A DNA stretch of 62,321 nt, filler included, from Platydemus manokwari (taxonomy: Eukaryota), in assembly GCA_037951405.1 (NCBI GenBank). It is 6 parts of 6 records of this genome, joined end to end, with 100 filler letters (N's around TTAATTAATTAA, not from the genome) between each part and the next. Parts side by side here need not be neighbours in the genome. Positions count along the whole stretch, not along the records: positions 12,953 to 23,245 come from JBBMOY011148105.1; positions 23,346 to 34,032 come from JBBMOY011112998.1; 4 more parts are not named here. One strand, given 5' to 3'. This document shows positions 13,005 to 27,030 of this stretch, in pieces. Below the pieces are notes generated by a model that saw only the letters and a program-made list of their open reading frames with translations, was not told the DNA's origin and did not search any database. The translations under genes were made by a program, and so were the position numbers. Within the stretch, counting starts at the first letter, position 1, and every line of letters starts with the position of its first letter.

Positions 13005-16000
13005 TTTATATAAGATTAAAATTATAAAAATTTGAGTTACAGGAATTTTTAAAAAATCATATTAAAAATAAATATACCTTATTAATATTTATAAAATGAT
13101 CTTACTTTAAAAAATTAATGTTAAACTCTCAGAGAATGTTGAGAGAGACATTGAAAAAGTTGATCAGATAAAAAAGAGCCAAGAAGCTAGATGAAGTCAG
13201 AAATAAAGAGAGGGATGTTATTGCTCTTGATATTATTATTCAAAATATCATTGATATTATNNNNNNNNNNTTATCTAAATTATTGTGAGGTTATGATAGA
13301 TTTCTTAAATAATTTTTAATAATTTTAAAATGATTAATATGTTGTTGAAATATATTGTTGTCGAATTTCATAAAATCCTTTTTCAATTCTTATTTTATGA
13401 AATAGCAGCAGCTAACATAGTGACTTCATGTTTGTATTCGATTCTGAGAAAATAAATATAAGATATTAAATAGATAGAAGATAGAATGGGGGGGTATAGA
13501 TAATGAATATGGAGAATATAGATAGATAAATAGATTTGGATATAAAAATATAAAATATAAGATAATTCTAACATTTTAATGAAAGAGGATTTTGAGGATT
13601 TTAAAATTTTATAAATAACTTGTAATCATTTTAATAAAACAAATTTAAACAATTCTTTTAAATATTTTGATTAAATGAGCTGATTTTTAGACTTGTTTTC
13701 AATTTCGTATTTAATTTAATAGTAGCAGCTAACAATTATTGGAACTTCTATTATTAGTATTTATCATTGGTATGAGTGTTATTATTGAATTTCATTTGTG
13801 ATTGTCTTGTTGTGTTATTTTTGGACTCACCAACAAAGAAACACAATCGGAAACAGTATAATTAAACCGATATAGTAATTTTAAATAAAAATAATTCGTT
13901 GGGTTAAAAAGAAAATTTTAATAGTCATAGATGAAAAATCCCATTATCAATTCTAGGGAAAATATATCACAAACGGGATAATGATGTATTTTAAGGAAAA
14001 GAAAATTAGATTAGGCCTTTAAAGAAATACAAAGTTTCTCTGGTAAATATTGCTTGATGGTGGTTATTATTTACAATATTGTTTAAATCACAAAGAAACT
14101 CTAAAAACTAATCCTATTGTAAAGAGATATTATTCTCCCTTGATGCTGCTCAGTTATAAAAAGAGTTCTATTTTAAAGCTGCTTATTTTAAGCACTGATG
14201 TCATACCAAGGATCATATTTTACAGGTGTGGAACAGAGGAAATGTTCGAATCATGGTAAATGACATAATTTTTGAATAAACCCTTTCGGAAAGGTTGCTT
14301 ATTATGGAAAGGTTGCTTAGGTTATGGAAATACTGGAAAGATAATAAAGACAAAAACTCTAATATTATTTCAGACATCAGACAGAGAATGATTTTAAGAA
14401 ATAATGGGTATTGTTTATACTCCCAGACAATAAATATCATAAAAATTTTTATAATAAAGAAATTAGCAACAATATTTACCGCTTGTTGTCATAACCAACA
14501 TCCATCATATCGAGAAATAAATAAAAGCTCAATCTTAGAATAAGATTTTCAGATAATTGGGATACAAAAAATTAAATTCAAATTCAAATTTTACGATTCT
14601 AGAACCAAGTAACAATTCTAAAATTTGACGTCCAATAACAGCATTGAGAGAATTCAATACATGGTTTTACATAAATAATCTAAATGACGGACACATCCAA
14701 CTAGGATCAAGCAGGAAAAAGATAAAAGATAAAAAATAAAAAAAAAATTTAATCCTTGTCACTAAAATATGTACTAGTATTCTCGAATATAGAAATTCAA
14801 AAGATTTTCTGCGGGTGATGAAAAAAAAACTCTAAATCTAAGGAAGATCGAATGCTATTATTAGAAAATGCTTGCATTGCGAAAATCGAATGAGAATAAA
14901 GTTTAAAATGAGATTGAGTAAAAAAATATTTTCACGATATTTCACAAAATTCAAAACTTTATTTGAAAAAACATCATTCGTGAATTTTACAGGTTAATAC
15001 TTAAAATAGCTTCATCATCTGAAAACTTCATCATCAGAAGATATGATTAATATATTCGTCAGTAAGTGGTTGTGTTATGATCAGAATTTGTTGCAAAAAT
15101 AAATGAAAATTTTAAAATGACTTCCAATAAATATATGATTGAGACAAGCTTGGACAAGAATTAAGAACCAAGGAGCACAAGAATCAAATGAGATGTCTAC
15201 AGACAGAATCAAGAAATAAAATATAATTTGAAAATTTTGGGGTCATTTATCAAACGGCAAATCCAATATATGACCCAGAAATTTCCCAAATTATATCCTT
15301 TCGATTTTCAGTCTAATTAAAATAAATTTCTTACTCGAACCACCATTACAGCCTTGTGTGATATTAAACCATAATTACTTTACAATGTGCGTAAATGCCC
15401 TTTCTATTGCCTCTGCAATCATGTGGGTAAAACTTTAACCTAAATATCTTCATTAGTGGTTTAAATATTATTAATAACTAACTGTCTGGAGAAAATTAAA
15501 AAATATTTTTATACTATTTTGGTTTTATATGAAATCATTGTTTCGCTTATAAGTCGGTTACGTAAATATAATTAGGGGACTAGTAAATTTTTAATTCATA
15601 TAAAAATCGAAAATGGTTGATCTTATCGATTTATATGAATAATAGGTAAATCCCTTTTCTTATTCAGGAATACTGATGTTTCCTTTGCTAGACATAAATA
15701 AATAAACATTAAGAAACCTCTGAAGGCAAATGTCCGGATTTCCAAACCCAATATTTATAATATACACACTTAACGAAGCAGGCATTAATTGAGTGGATTA
15801 TTATTAAGTTATTCAAAAAAATTTCAATATTGATTGTGAAAATTAACAGAAATCGTAATTTTTAAAAAGAATCTTTAAATTTTAAAATAATTCAAAACAT
15901 ATTATATTTGAAATCAGGAAGGACATTATTTACACCTCTCTAAAGGAACTCAAGTACGGTTTTTAAATAGTTCGAGTTAACTTATGAACGTAAGCAGGCT

Positions 16001-17120
16001 TATGCAAGAAAAATATAGACAGGTGGGTGACGTCAAACAGTTTGTCTAAAGCTACAATCGATATTTTCAGATTAACCGGATTTCCAAATAATTGTCGAAT
16101 TTGCTTATAGTTGCTCGACTGGATCAAAGTACGTTTAGCAGAAAAAGTCTGGCATTTTTTAGGTTATTAGGAATAACAAGAAACTATTCATGAAAAATAT
16201 TTGGGATATCGGATGCACCAAACTAATGAAATAAAAATTGTAACAAATAGTAAACCAATAATATCAAACTCCGGAGACAATCGGTAAACCAAGAAGAAAG
16301 GATAGATAAAGCATTAAAGGGTTTGTCGCTAAATAACACCATAACAAAGTGCAACTCACCATTAAAAGAGTCCAATAACATAATAATTCCAAAAATGGTC
16401 GAATTATTTAAGTATTTTAATTATAAGCATAATTTTATAAAAAGAATATAATTTATGAAAATTACCTTCAAGTTCACAAGAAATCTATATGGTGAATGTT
16501 CACAATACTTGACTAAACACGAGAATCCAACCATAGGAAAATTGAAAGCCAATACTAACAATAATGACTGAGAAAAAATGAAAAAAATGAAAAATAGATT
16601 ATGATGAGATAGTTTTAGTTTAAATTGGTATTGAAAGAATCGACATGGTCATTACATACTTTAAAGAAAGATTCAAGATTTAAGAAATTGGATACCATCA
16701 GAATTTGTTGTGTCGCTGACGAGTGGAGAAAGACAGGAAATATTTAGTGAAATAAATTAAAGAGCTTATTAATTAATGTGAAGTATGTCAAATTTCAATG
16801 TCACATTTATACTACATTTATAATTTTCAATTCAAAATCATTCTGATCAAGGACATCATTTAACACTTTCTAAGAATATATTTGTTTAAATAATCTGCCT
16901 TTGAATAATATATTCAACATGAACCCAAATATGTCTGATTTAAGTAATTTGAATAACATAAGTGCCGATAAAATTCATAAAAAAGACGATAAATAATTCA
17001 AACTTATATACGATTAAAATTATGAAAAGATATTTTTAAAAAATTATATTAAAAATAAATACACCATATTAATATTTATAAAAAAGGATCTTACTTAAAA
17101 GATACTTTTTAAACTCTCAG
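13005..17120 (+). mobile_element. highly decayed Ty3/Gypsy-like region bounded by about 120-bp direct repeats
   Basis: Direct repeats 13005-13132 and 17004-17120 (…ATATTAAAAATAAATA.ACC.TATTAATATTTATAAAA…GATCTTACTT…TTAAACTCTCAG). Internal IGCTKLMK*KIVTNSKPI...EERIDKALKGL...ITKCNSP at about 16.2-16.36 kb is typical of the Gypsy pre-RT region. Confidence 0.45.
13380..13740. repeat. dispersed satellite-like repeat family, copy 3 (diverged)
   Basis: AATAGCAGCAGCTAACAT...TATTCGATTCTGAGAAAA, purine-rich tract, then AATAGTAGCAGCTAACA again about 320 bp later. Confidence 0.5.
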
Positions 17121-17349
17121 TTTAAATTTTAAAAATTATTTAAATTAATAAAATTTAAATCTTTTAAAAAAACATGTAATATAAAAATGTGGGGATTTTT
17201 ATTTAAATAAAAAATGAAGGCAAATCATATGGAAACAAATTTAAAATATTTAGAATTTTTTTAAAAATTGATGTATTGACGAATCGATTTTTTGTTCTGT
17301 TGTAAACATGACTTTTGATTTGAATATTAAAAATGAAGAAATTTCGGGA

Positions 17350-18190
17350 ACTAACGAGTAGTATTTACAATAATTATCGTATACTTGTACCGATCTTCAT
17401 GGTGATTTATTAGAAAACTCTTAACCAGTTTATCGATGGAATACCTGTTGAAATAGTTGTGGATTCAATTTGGAATTAAAGTCAAGGAATGAATGGACCC
17501 AGTACTCGAGAATTCTGTCTGGAATGAAAATCCATTCTGATTATATAATAAAAATTATGATTATGCAATCGCCGTGAACCACTATTAAGTAATGAAGAGC
17601 GCGTCGAAATCTAACTGAAAAGTCACGACATGAAATTATATTCAAGTTCGATTGAGATACTCCCCTGAGTAACTACTGTTATGAACCAGACAGTGGCCAG
17701 CAGGTTTGAGAATCGGACTGCCACATATGCCATTGTACTTAGACTTTCTTAAGTTTATGAATGTTTGACTGATTGTTTGGGGTACTAGTTGCTTGAATAA
17801 ATATTTTTTGATTGCGTCGACTGATTTCCACCTTTTAATAGGATCAAAAATCAATTTAATCTCGTTCTCGAGAAAACCAGGCTAAAAAACTATAGGATCA
17901 AAATCATTTTTACTGACTTTAAAACCAGATAAGATTCTCCTATTTCGTGAAGGTCTCGAACCGGAACTTTTTACTGTTTTCCTATTTGTTTTTTAGACTA
18001 GACTCTGGAACGGGATTGATTGGTGCCTTGACTTAATCTTTGGTATTCTGTACAGTTCTGCTTGCGGAACTGTTTTCTAGTGAAAGCCATAAAAACTCTG
18101 AAGATACGAAGCCAACCGTTTTGCTGCAGGATGAGCGGCGAATAACTCTTGCTTAGTAATAAATTCTTACACTTGTCATTCAAACACAAT
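17350..18190 (-). mobile_element. possible RLE non-LTR retrotransposon C-terminal remnant
   Basis: Long, nearly open minus frame interrupted by stops; SEWIFIPDRI resembles the W.FIHRARLN motif of NeSL/R5-type elements; weak. Confidence 0.3.
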
Positions 18191-18760
18191 TATTTAAACA
18201 AATTAATATAATTTTATATTAAATCTGATTTAAATCTTTACAAGTTTAATTCATTTAAAAATCCTCACAATCACTATGGGGATAATCTCTAATTATTGAC
18301 TTTTAATCCAAATTATTTTCATTCTTTCTAAGCATTTGTGGCTCAATACCTTTTGCTTGTATGGGACGATTCCTCATGATTACCCATCCCCTACCTCATT
18401 TAAGGTATTGCCATGTGACCAAGCTACCTCTTATATTTTCGATTGATTGAATTCATTACAATCGATTTGGATTCAATTTGTTCGTGCTGTAAATAATATA
18501 TTGTGAGTAAAGCTTTTTATAATTTTTATTACCAGTCTGTAAGGGTAACTGTAAGTTAAATATTGATCAATTTATTTTTAATGGCAAATATATTTCATAG
18601 ATATAAAAATAATTAAAATACTAATTACGTCAGCACAATTCTTGACCTTATTTTCATATTGATGAGTTACATTTTGTGTTTCATTTTGAATTGGAGAGAA
18701 AAATAGTTCTAATAAATATTACTCGATTCATTTCAGAATCATCGATTCATTGAATTCCAA

Positions 18761-20149
18761 ATGGCACTCAACAAATTCGATAAAATCTGGAAAATCATGA
18801 AACACATCGATTTGGAAATCAATGATGAAAGTAAATCTGAAATGACGTGTATTATTTGTGATAAGATTTTGATCAATGCTTGCAATGGACCTTGTGGATG
18901 CAGATATTGTCAGAAATGCGTGAAAAATTATCTGGACAATGGGGGTCAATTCTGCCCGGGAAGTCAACCGTTTTGCCGAGACGAGGTCATTGATATTGAT
19001 AGAAACATTCAAATAGATCAGGCGATCAATAGCAAAATATTGAGTATCATCGTCAAATGTCCACAGAAATCTTGTGAATTCAAAGAAGAAATCAGAAAAA
19101 TCGGAGACCATTTGAGAGTGTGCAAAGCCCAAACGGCTTGTTGTCCTTATTTCAGTATTGGGTGCAAAAATATGAATGTTATGAAAGATAAAATAGACGA
19201 TCATTTAGTATCAGAGAACAATTTCCATTCAATACTGCTGGTGGAATGGATCGAAAATCTATCGAATGAAGTCGGAATGTTACAGAAAGATATCGCTTGT
19301 TTGAAGAAAGAAAATAGCTTATTGAAAGAAGAGGTGAAAACACTGAAATGGAGCAATGAAAACCAAGTAATTCAACTAAATTCTTCGAAATAAATAACAA
19401 AAAATATTCGCACTATTAGGATTTCTTAAATAAAATCAATGAACGAACCGAGATGGAATCGTGTACAAAACGGAAAGACTCAGACAATAAAGAAGAAAAT
19501 ACTCGCGTAAAAATCTATTGTTATTAAATATTTTTTTATAATGAACACAACAATTTAGAAAACCAAAGGCAATCATGGCGACCCCGACGCATCGGAATTC
19601 ATGTCGACTTCACACTCGGAATCAGTGAGAAAGAAAGAAAAAAAGTTATCCAGTTTCAAATTCAAACCTCTTCACAAGAAACGAAGTCGTGGTGAATTTG
19701 TATGGGTTATCGAGAGCTTCTCCGAGAGACAAAATGACCAAAAAAATGGCATCATAACATCAATTGCCAGTAGTTCATTTTATTCATACAAAAATGGCTA
19801 TAAAATGTGCTTAATAATGAATCCAAATGGAATTCCCGAAAGTGATGAAACATATTTATCGATTGGATTTTGTATCTTGCCGGGTGATTTTGATGCTCAA
19901 TTATCATGGCCATTTAAGCATGATGTCACATTATCACTTATCAATCAAAAAACCGGTCGAGTTCATATAAGTAAAACCAAGAAATTCAATGAATTAGACA
20001 TCGAACCCGAGAGGAGAATGCCGAGTTCTGACAAAATTATTGGGATTAATTTTCCTCAATTCCTTAAATTGAATCATCTATTAAAAGATTCAGCACTGTG
20101 CGCCAAAGGTCGAGTCGTAATAAAATGTGCAGTGCATCTACAAAGGTAG
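18761..20149 (+). CDS. TNF receptor-associated factor (RING - TRAF Zn fingers - coiled coil - MATH), about 427 aa; join(18761..19366,19420..19506,19559..20149)
   Basis: RING CIICDKILINACNGPCGCRYCQKC...CPG; TRAF finger CPQKSC...HLRVC; CPYFSIGC; coiled coil; MATH with GEFVWVI, FYSYKNGYKMCL and GDFDAQLSWPF. Two phase-0 GT-AG introns (53 and 52 nt) join the ORFs in frame. Confidence 0.93.
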
Positions 20150-21408
20150 TCGATTTCATATCTCGATGACCCCATCAATATTTTTAATCGAACCAGTTAC
20201 CAGAATGTCAAATAAGATTGGTCTTTTGCTTATCCTTTCGATTTATTGCGTGTGATACTAGATCATGCATTTCATAGCAACTGTTCCTTGTTTCATATTA
20301 TTGATATTGATTGACTTGAAATATATGATGTATACGTACCGTTAAAAAGCACCAACAACTGATGAATCTCTACTAAACGATTTCATCTTCACTTCAATAT
20401 AATGGGAATGTTAGCGTTTCTAATCAGCATATTTCTTTTGTATGTTTTGTTTTAATCAGTAAAGCTTATTTTGAAATAATACAAATACATCTGATTCAAA
20501 CACTGACGTAGTAACTTTTAAATATATTGATCGTTCCTGATGTTTATTAATTTTATATTTTTACAAATAACATACTTGATATCACTGTTGTGCAGGAAAC
20601 AAGGAAATTGTCTTAGTTTGTTTTGTTAAGATCGATGGGAGTGTATCGAATTAAAATGCTAAACAAAATATAATCGAATAATTCAGACAAACCAAATATC
20701 GACCAATAGTTATACAAAAAAACATTTAAAAAACAAGTTTTATCAAGTTCTGTTAAGAATAAAAATCTTTAGGCTATCTTTAGACAATGAAAGACCAAAT
20801 CTGAAATAAGCACAAAACATAATCAGAACAAAGGGAAATGGAGAATCGATAAATCATGAACTAGCCTCAAAACCCATTGTCGAAATGACAAAACAAATGA
20901 AATTAAGACATTTATTAATCGATAAAATAAATAAAGCACAAACAGTACAAAAAATAGCAAAAACCAAGCACAAACGACGAAATAGGCTTTGTTCTTGAGG
21001 TAAAACAAAACAAAGAAAAGAAAGACCATTAACACAAAAACCACATACTTAGAAAATAGGTAAACAACCCTATTAATGAATGGTTATTTTCACACATTAC
21101 GATACAATTACCTCTCTGGTAAAACCGAGCATCTAGTTGAAAAATCAATGTTGATTTCTACAGTCTATGTGGCTTGTATTTTAATCATTAAGTTATTGTT
21201 ATTTTCAGAAGAATTCCGCTGAATGTAGCACCGTAATAATTATTAACCCTTACTCGAAATCATATTCGCAGAAACATCAACTTTATCAACCAATGAACAC
21301 TTAGAATCATTTTAATTGTTGCTCGTTTTATTTACATAGCTTTGCACGACATTTTTAAAATTACAGAGTTATTTAAATCAACTATCTCCTCATTTTATTT
21401 TTGTTAAT

Positions 21409-21498
21409 AACTTGGTATTAAAACTATGTTTTGTCACTATTAGACATCTTAACAAATGAGATATTAACTGAATTATACGAATAAATCAAACATAGCAG
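21409..21498. repeat. about 90-bp inverted repeat, left arm (partner 23346-23433)
   Basis: AACTTGGT...TGTTTTGTCACTATTAGACATCTTAA.AAATGAGATATTAACTGAATTATACGAATAAATCAAACATAGCAG is the near-perfect reverse complement of 23346-23433. Confidence 0.9.
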
Positions 21499-23245
21499 TT
21501 ACATATAAAATTAAGTTATAAAATTATCTCATGCACGAAAATTCATTATAGCGAAAGTGGGTCAAAGGACCCTTTTTCTTAACTTAAGCCAATTATTCAT
21601 TTAAAATCAATATTTGCTTAGCAATGCTAAAAAAGGTACAATTTAGGATTTTCACTTTAATAAGTGCTATGAAATTTGATTGCATTGAAACATATGAAAA
21701 GATTTAGTTTACAAGAAAACATGGATTTAATCTAAATATAACCGAGTGCTCTCTTTTGAGTAATTCCAGTTCTCAATGAATTTAAACTTTGTCCTTGATT
21801 AATTTTTTAGTTAATTCTTATCACTCTTCATAAAATTTTACTAGATTTTGTCGAATATTCGTTGCATATCATTGTTTTCTCTGGAACAGTTTTGGTAATA
21901 TCGATCGAGTCTAAATGCATTACAACCGGTCAAAAATTCTACGTCACAACTTGCCCTTCTGTAATTACTGATAAGTGTGACTTGCACTTTAATTTTGTTA
22001 AGTTCCTATCCATAGATATACGGTATCCAAGGTACAATGAATAGCTAGTTTATGATTGCAAACTCAAACACATAATTTACTGAAGAAAATTTTACACATG
22101 GCCAACTAATTCAGCGATAAAATCTAGTGAGAAACAACCAAATTGCGTCAGTAAAATTTGATATTAATCCGCAATAAATAATGAAATTACATTTTCAAAA
22201 TAAACGAAACTGATTGCACAAATCATCGCTTTGCAAATTAATATGAAATCAGCGAGATTCTGTTTTTGCGTAGGATTTTTATCAAAGAAAATTGATAATT
22301 TGGTCTATGTTTTACTGTAAAATTATCACGAGTTTTTCATTTCTGTCGTGCATCAGATTATCCCACTGATGACAGATATGAGTTTCACAATCAAATTATT
22401 TCATTAAATTTGACAATCTCATTAAACGATGACGATATGCTACCCACACAGAAGTATATTACGAAGATTTTTTAATGGAGTATTCTATTCTAGTGATTAT
22501 CTACTCACAAAAATTGGTCCAAAATCAGAGAAATAAAAAAATTTCAAATGTCAAATAGTAGTGACTGAAATTAGGTTAATAAATTAGGTCATCTTCAGAT
22601 AAAGTAAAAATAGTGCAACCACTACCATGAAGCAATTAATTACATAATTGATATGAATGACGTCACCGATATGTTAGAAATTTTTGGTCACGCGCTACTC
22701 AGTAAAAGTAATCCAAAAACTTAAAACAATGCTAATAAGAATCAAAAAGTTTTCCAAAAATTAGTACGAAGATTATGAAACCTTGCGATATCCGTTTTAG
22801 AAAAAATCCTGTAAATAAAACATTTCGTATTACATGTCTTCTATCAATTCATAAACTTATTTTATAAGTTGTTAATAAAAGATGTATCAGTATGTAACTG
22901 TAAAATATCGTGACATTAAATACTGAACTTCAAACATTATAAAAAGTTTCGTGATCCTTAACTTACAAATGCCACAGAGCTATCACGCGCAGAATTAATT
23001 AAGAACTATGATGATTTCCTTGTACTCAAAACCAGAACTGTACGAATATACATCTAGAAATACCTGATTTATCGATTTATAAACTGGTAAAATCAATACA
23101 TACGATTAATTAAATTAAAATAAAATTTTTAAAAGAATTTCAAAAAATAATATATAATTATATCGATTATTAATAATGCATTAATCATTATCTTAATGAG
23201 AAAAAAATGAAAAAAATATTTCATTCATAAAGCAGCTACTTACAA

Positions 23246-23345
23246 NNNNNNNNNNNNNNNNNNNNNNNNNNNNNNNNNNNNNNNNNNNNTTAATTAATTA
23301 ANNNNNNNNNNNNNNNNNNNNNNNNNNNNNNNNNNNNNNNNNNNN
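23246..23345. other. assembly gap linker
   Basis: N44-TTAATTAATTAA-N44. Confidence 0.98.
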
Positions 23346-23433
23346 CTGCTATGTTTGATTTATTCGTATAATTCAGTTAATATCTCATTTTTTAAGATGT
23401 CTAATAGTGACAAAACAGTTTTGAAACCAAGTT
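23346..23433. repeat. inverted repeat, right arm
   Basis: Reverse complement of 21409-21498; begins exactly at the gap edge. Confidence 0.9.
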
Positions 23434-23849
23434 TCCATTCTAATCACAACACTTCTATATGATTATTTGAGTTTTTAAAATTTAATTTTTTATAATTATA
23501 AATCGAGTTAGTTAATTACAGACATGTTTAATATTATCATTGCTTATTTTATAAAATAATTGCAAAAATTGAGAATATCTCTTAATCTGTTTCTAATGTT
23601 AAAAATAGGGTCCTCGCTAATTTTCAATAAATAGCAAATTCGATTCACTTTTATCATTTTTTCAAATAATCAAATTTTAGGAGAAACAACTGAAATTCTT
23701 CTTGAGTACTTAAATAAAAAATTCAAATTTTTTTTCAAGAATATAATTAAATAAACTATATAGAATTTTGCAATACACTCAACAAATTTCAAATTTCATT
23801 TTAGGACCCTTGTTTTAATTTTAGCCGAATTTTTTTACATGAATTTATT

Positions 23850-24320
23850 TTAATCATCTATTTATCAAGATTTATTTAAGTCTTTCAAATGATGTCATTC
23901 GCAGTGTACTTGATTCCAAATCAAGTGTTTTTTCACTCGAATATGTTTCTGTTAGCAAATTTTGTCTACAAATCAATTGATTTTCATTATTATTTAAATA
24001 TTTCTCTAAAAAATTTTCACTGAAATTATCTGTTTAAACTTATCTTCTATAAGCCATCCATTAATTGTACATCAACAAATCTTTGTTCTGTTGGTAACAC
24101 CGCACATAGATTGTCTACAAATACGTCAATCATCTCAAACACTTGAAAAGTCCACAGATTTCATATTACTAACTAAAAGTAGCAATACATAATGAGAGCA
24201 GAAAAATTGATTTTTCGAATTTTTTTGAGTATTATATGCAGATTAGAATTTTCTGGCAATGCCTTGCTCCATTTATAATAATATTCCATGTTTGGAAATA
24301 TTATAAATTCACTGAATTAT
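23850..24320 (-). mobile_element. possible hAT transposase remnant
   Basis: NGARHCQK and FCSHYVLLLLVSN loosely resemble the hAT YDGA..M and HC.AH.LNL motifs; very decayed. Confidence 0.25.
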
Positions 24321-26419
24321 TAACCATTATTGGATATGCTTTTAGTTTTATTTATTGATTTTATTTTTAATTGGATATTTTACTATTTATAATGACCGAC
24401 TATTCCCACCCTCAGTTGAGAAAGATTGTTCCATAATTATATAAGCTGATTGGAAATCTTGTCTTCCTCAGTATAAGAAGTCTTCCATATTGGTTTCATC
24501 TCTATTATACAAAAATATATTGAAGATTTATTTAGCTAAAAGATTTTGGTAAATTAATTAATAGTTTGGTGAGAGGGGGATTTAATGATTATTGTACAGG
24601 AAATATAAAATAAAAAATTTGTCAAATAATTTAAAGGAATGAAAATGTTTTGACCCGTATTGGAGAAGACATTGAAGACATTACGACCAAGTAAGTACAA
24701 ATAGGATAGTAAAGCTATAAAAGAGTACAAAATGACAAAAATAGATTCGAACATGAAATGTTTATTCAAAATTCTAGATAAAATGAATAATTTTTTAATT
24801 GATCTGGTTAACATTAATCGCATCTTTACATTCACTCCTATCAAATCTTCCTCGAATGGGATTTAATGAAGTACTAAATATATAGGAGGAAGCTTTCGAA
24901 AATAGGTTATTCTTATTCTTTAATACTTATTTTCTCATTTCTTTAGCCAGGTGATAGTATTTTTCCAGTTACCCATTAGAAAAAGGCAGATTGCTCTTAA
25001 AATTCATAACAATACGTTAAAAATTAATTCAAATTATTATATTATTTTATAATGGTTTGTATTACTCATTAAGCTTCATTGTCAATATCTCTGAGATTTT
25101 GTAAGCAACCAAAAATTTGAGAGCAATAACATTACTGGTGCTGACGTCGTTATAAACCAATTCAACAATTAATTGAATCAATTTGTTATCAAATGTAAAA
25201 GAAACACCATAAACTGCTTTTATTGGGTTATTAATGGCTTAACCATTATTCGGTTTTCATTACATTATTCGTACCTATACGATTTATACTGAGTTCAACT
25301 CAATTCATCCGATGAAAATTATGTATTTTTAATATTATAAAACTTCAAGTAATATCCTAGATGAAATAATCAATTCTGAACTACCAGCACAAAGAGTACC
25401 TCTGTCAGTACTACTCCTATATATATACTATACCTACATATGTATAATAATAACACCAAATGTTATACTTACACCGAGTTTTAATATTAAATTAAGCCCA
25501 TCACGACTCAAACGAGCATGCACAGTAATACGTACTAATCACTGACCATCATTACTCTTTCTTTTGATTTGTGTGTCGTTGGAGCTATTCGTCATTTAAA
25601 TTCGAATATCAAATATTTTCTCATGTTATATTGATACTTTTGGTTTGTATCAGGCTTTAAGTATTCAATTTTCTTATTATTTCCAATTTGTGTGCTTTAC
25701 TGAATTATTATTGTTTCTCTCAAATTATTTCATCCACATTCTCTCACGACTCGGTAGTCTCTAGGTTCTGGTTTTGCAACACCTTATCATCCAAAATATA
25801 TATAAACTAAGAAGTGATATTGATAACCTATAGTTGAAACGACGTTTAGTTATTGGCATGGATCCAATTCCATGTGAAAGGGTTGAAATCATCGGTTATG
25901 TTCAATACGCGATTTGAACAAAAAAATTACGTGACTTTAACAATTTTACTTTTACAAATTTAATTTAGGACAGAACAGGTTACTATTTAGTGTACTTTGT
26001 GCTTGTTTGTGTTCTAGTAGCGATTGTTTGGCAGGAAAAAATTATTTGTATACAGGTGATTTGGAAAGCGTGTTTTGTTATAAACAGTTGTTATTAGACA
26101 TTATATCTTTCGGTAGCTGTCGTTGGAATACCAATTGTTCTCTTAGTCTCAAATGTGATCCACCTGTAAGCATAACATGTGTTACCTTATGTATTTGCAT
26201 TTCGATTAATAAGTCTCATTGTATATCCCCACTGTTACTATGGATAGTGCCTTTCAGTTGTTGGCTACATTCAGTTCCTCTTCACACTACAGTTACAGTC
26301 AACTCTCATTATTCCGAAATATTAGAAATTGATTTCCTTTTGGATAATGAAGGAATTTGTAATCTATATGATCGCCATATTAATGATGAAATTATTCAGA
26401 AAAAGACAATTTTTATTTA

Positions 26420-27030
26420 AAAAATCATCTTAAGTTTTTTGTAGAGTTTTCTTTTGAATGAATTTCTGTAAATCAATTTTGACTTCTTTTAAATATTTTA
26501 TTGTATCATTGGTTATTTTTTTAGTAGAGCTGTTTGAAGAAGAACTTGCTTTGATCACAATTTCAATAAATTGCTTGTACTTATGTTGAAACTTTCATCG
26601 ACCTGACCATTTTCTTCTTGACACAGTGAAATGATTTCGTCAGCATCAATGACTTCTTATCTTTGGATCAAATCCTCTTCAATCATAATTTTATCAAACT
26701 CATTCTTATGTACCTCAAGAACGGGATCTGATGACAAGTTTTCTTTAGCATAAGATCCGTGAAGACTTGAAATAATCACAACCTTTTTGAAACAATTTTG
26801 ATGGTTTCTTCTTTCACATCTTCCCAAGCTTCGTAGATTATCAATATTGCTTTCTTAAGATTAACAACAAAGGCTTTTGTTTGATCAAACGAGTTCAAGT
26901 TGCCAACTACTAACTTTTTTCTGTGATAATGCTTTAATTTTTTTATTTTATCTGCATCCTTTGGTTGAAGATGAGCAGTTGAGTTCTTCGGAAGCATTAT
27001 AAATTCAATGTGTGAAATTTATTCCAAATA
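26420..27030 (-). mobile_element. pogo/Tigger DDE_1 transposase 3' remnant
   Basis: IEFIMLPKNSTAHLQPKDADKIKKLKHYHRK...NLKKAILIIYEAWEDVKEETIK matches the consensus FLPPNTTS.LQP.D.GII..LK..YR...A...AW..V...TI. Confidence 0.85.

Noticed and set aside
18363-18373. kappaB-like GGGACGATTCC upstream of TRAF
   Set aside because: Single imperfect match that could arise by chance
18728-19400. Minus-strand ORFs 18728..19204 and 19179..19400
   Set aside because: Antisense shadows of TRAF exon 1
26007-26420. 137-aa Cys-rich plus-strand ORF
   Set aside because: No motif spacing I recognise, non-ATG start, and adjacent to a pogo remnant; probably spurious
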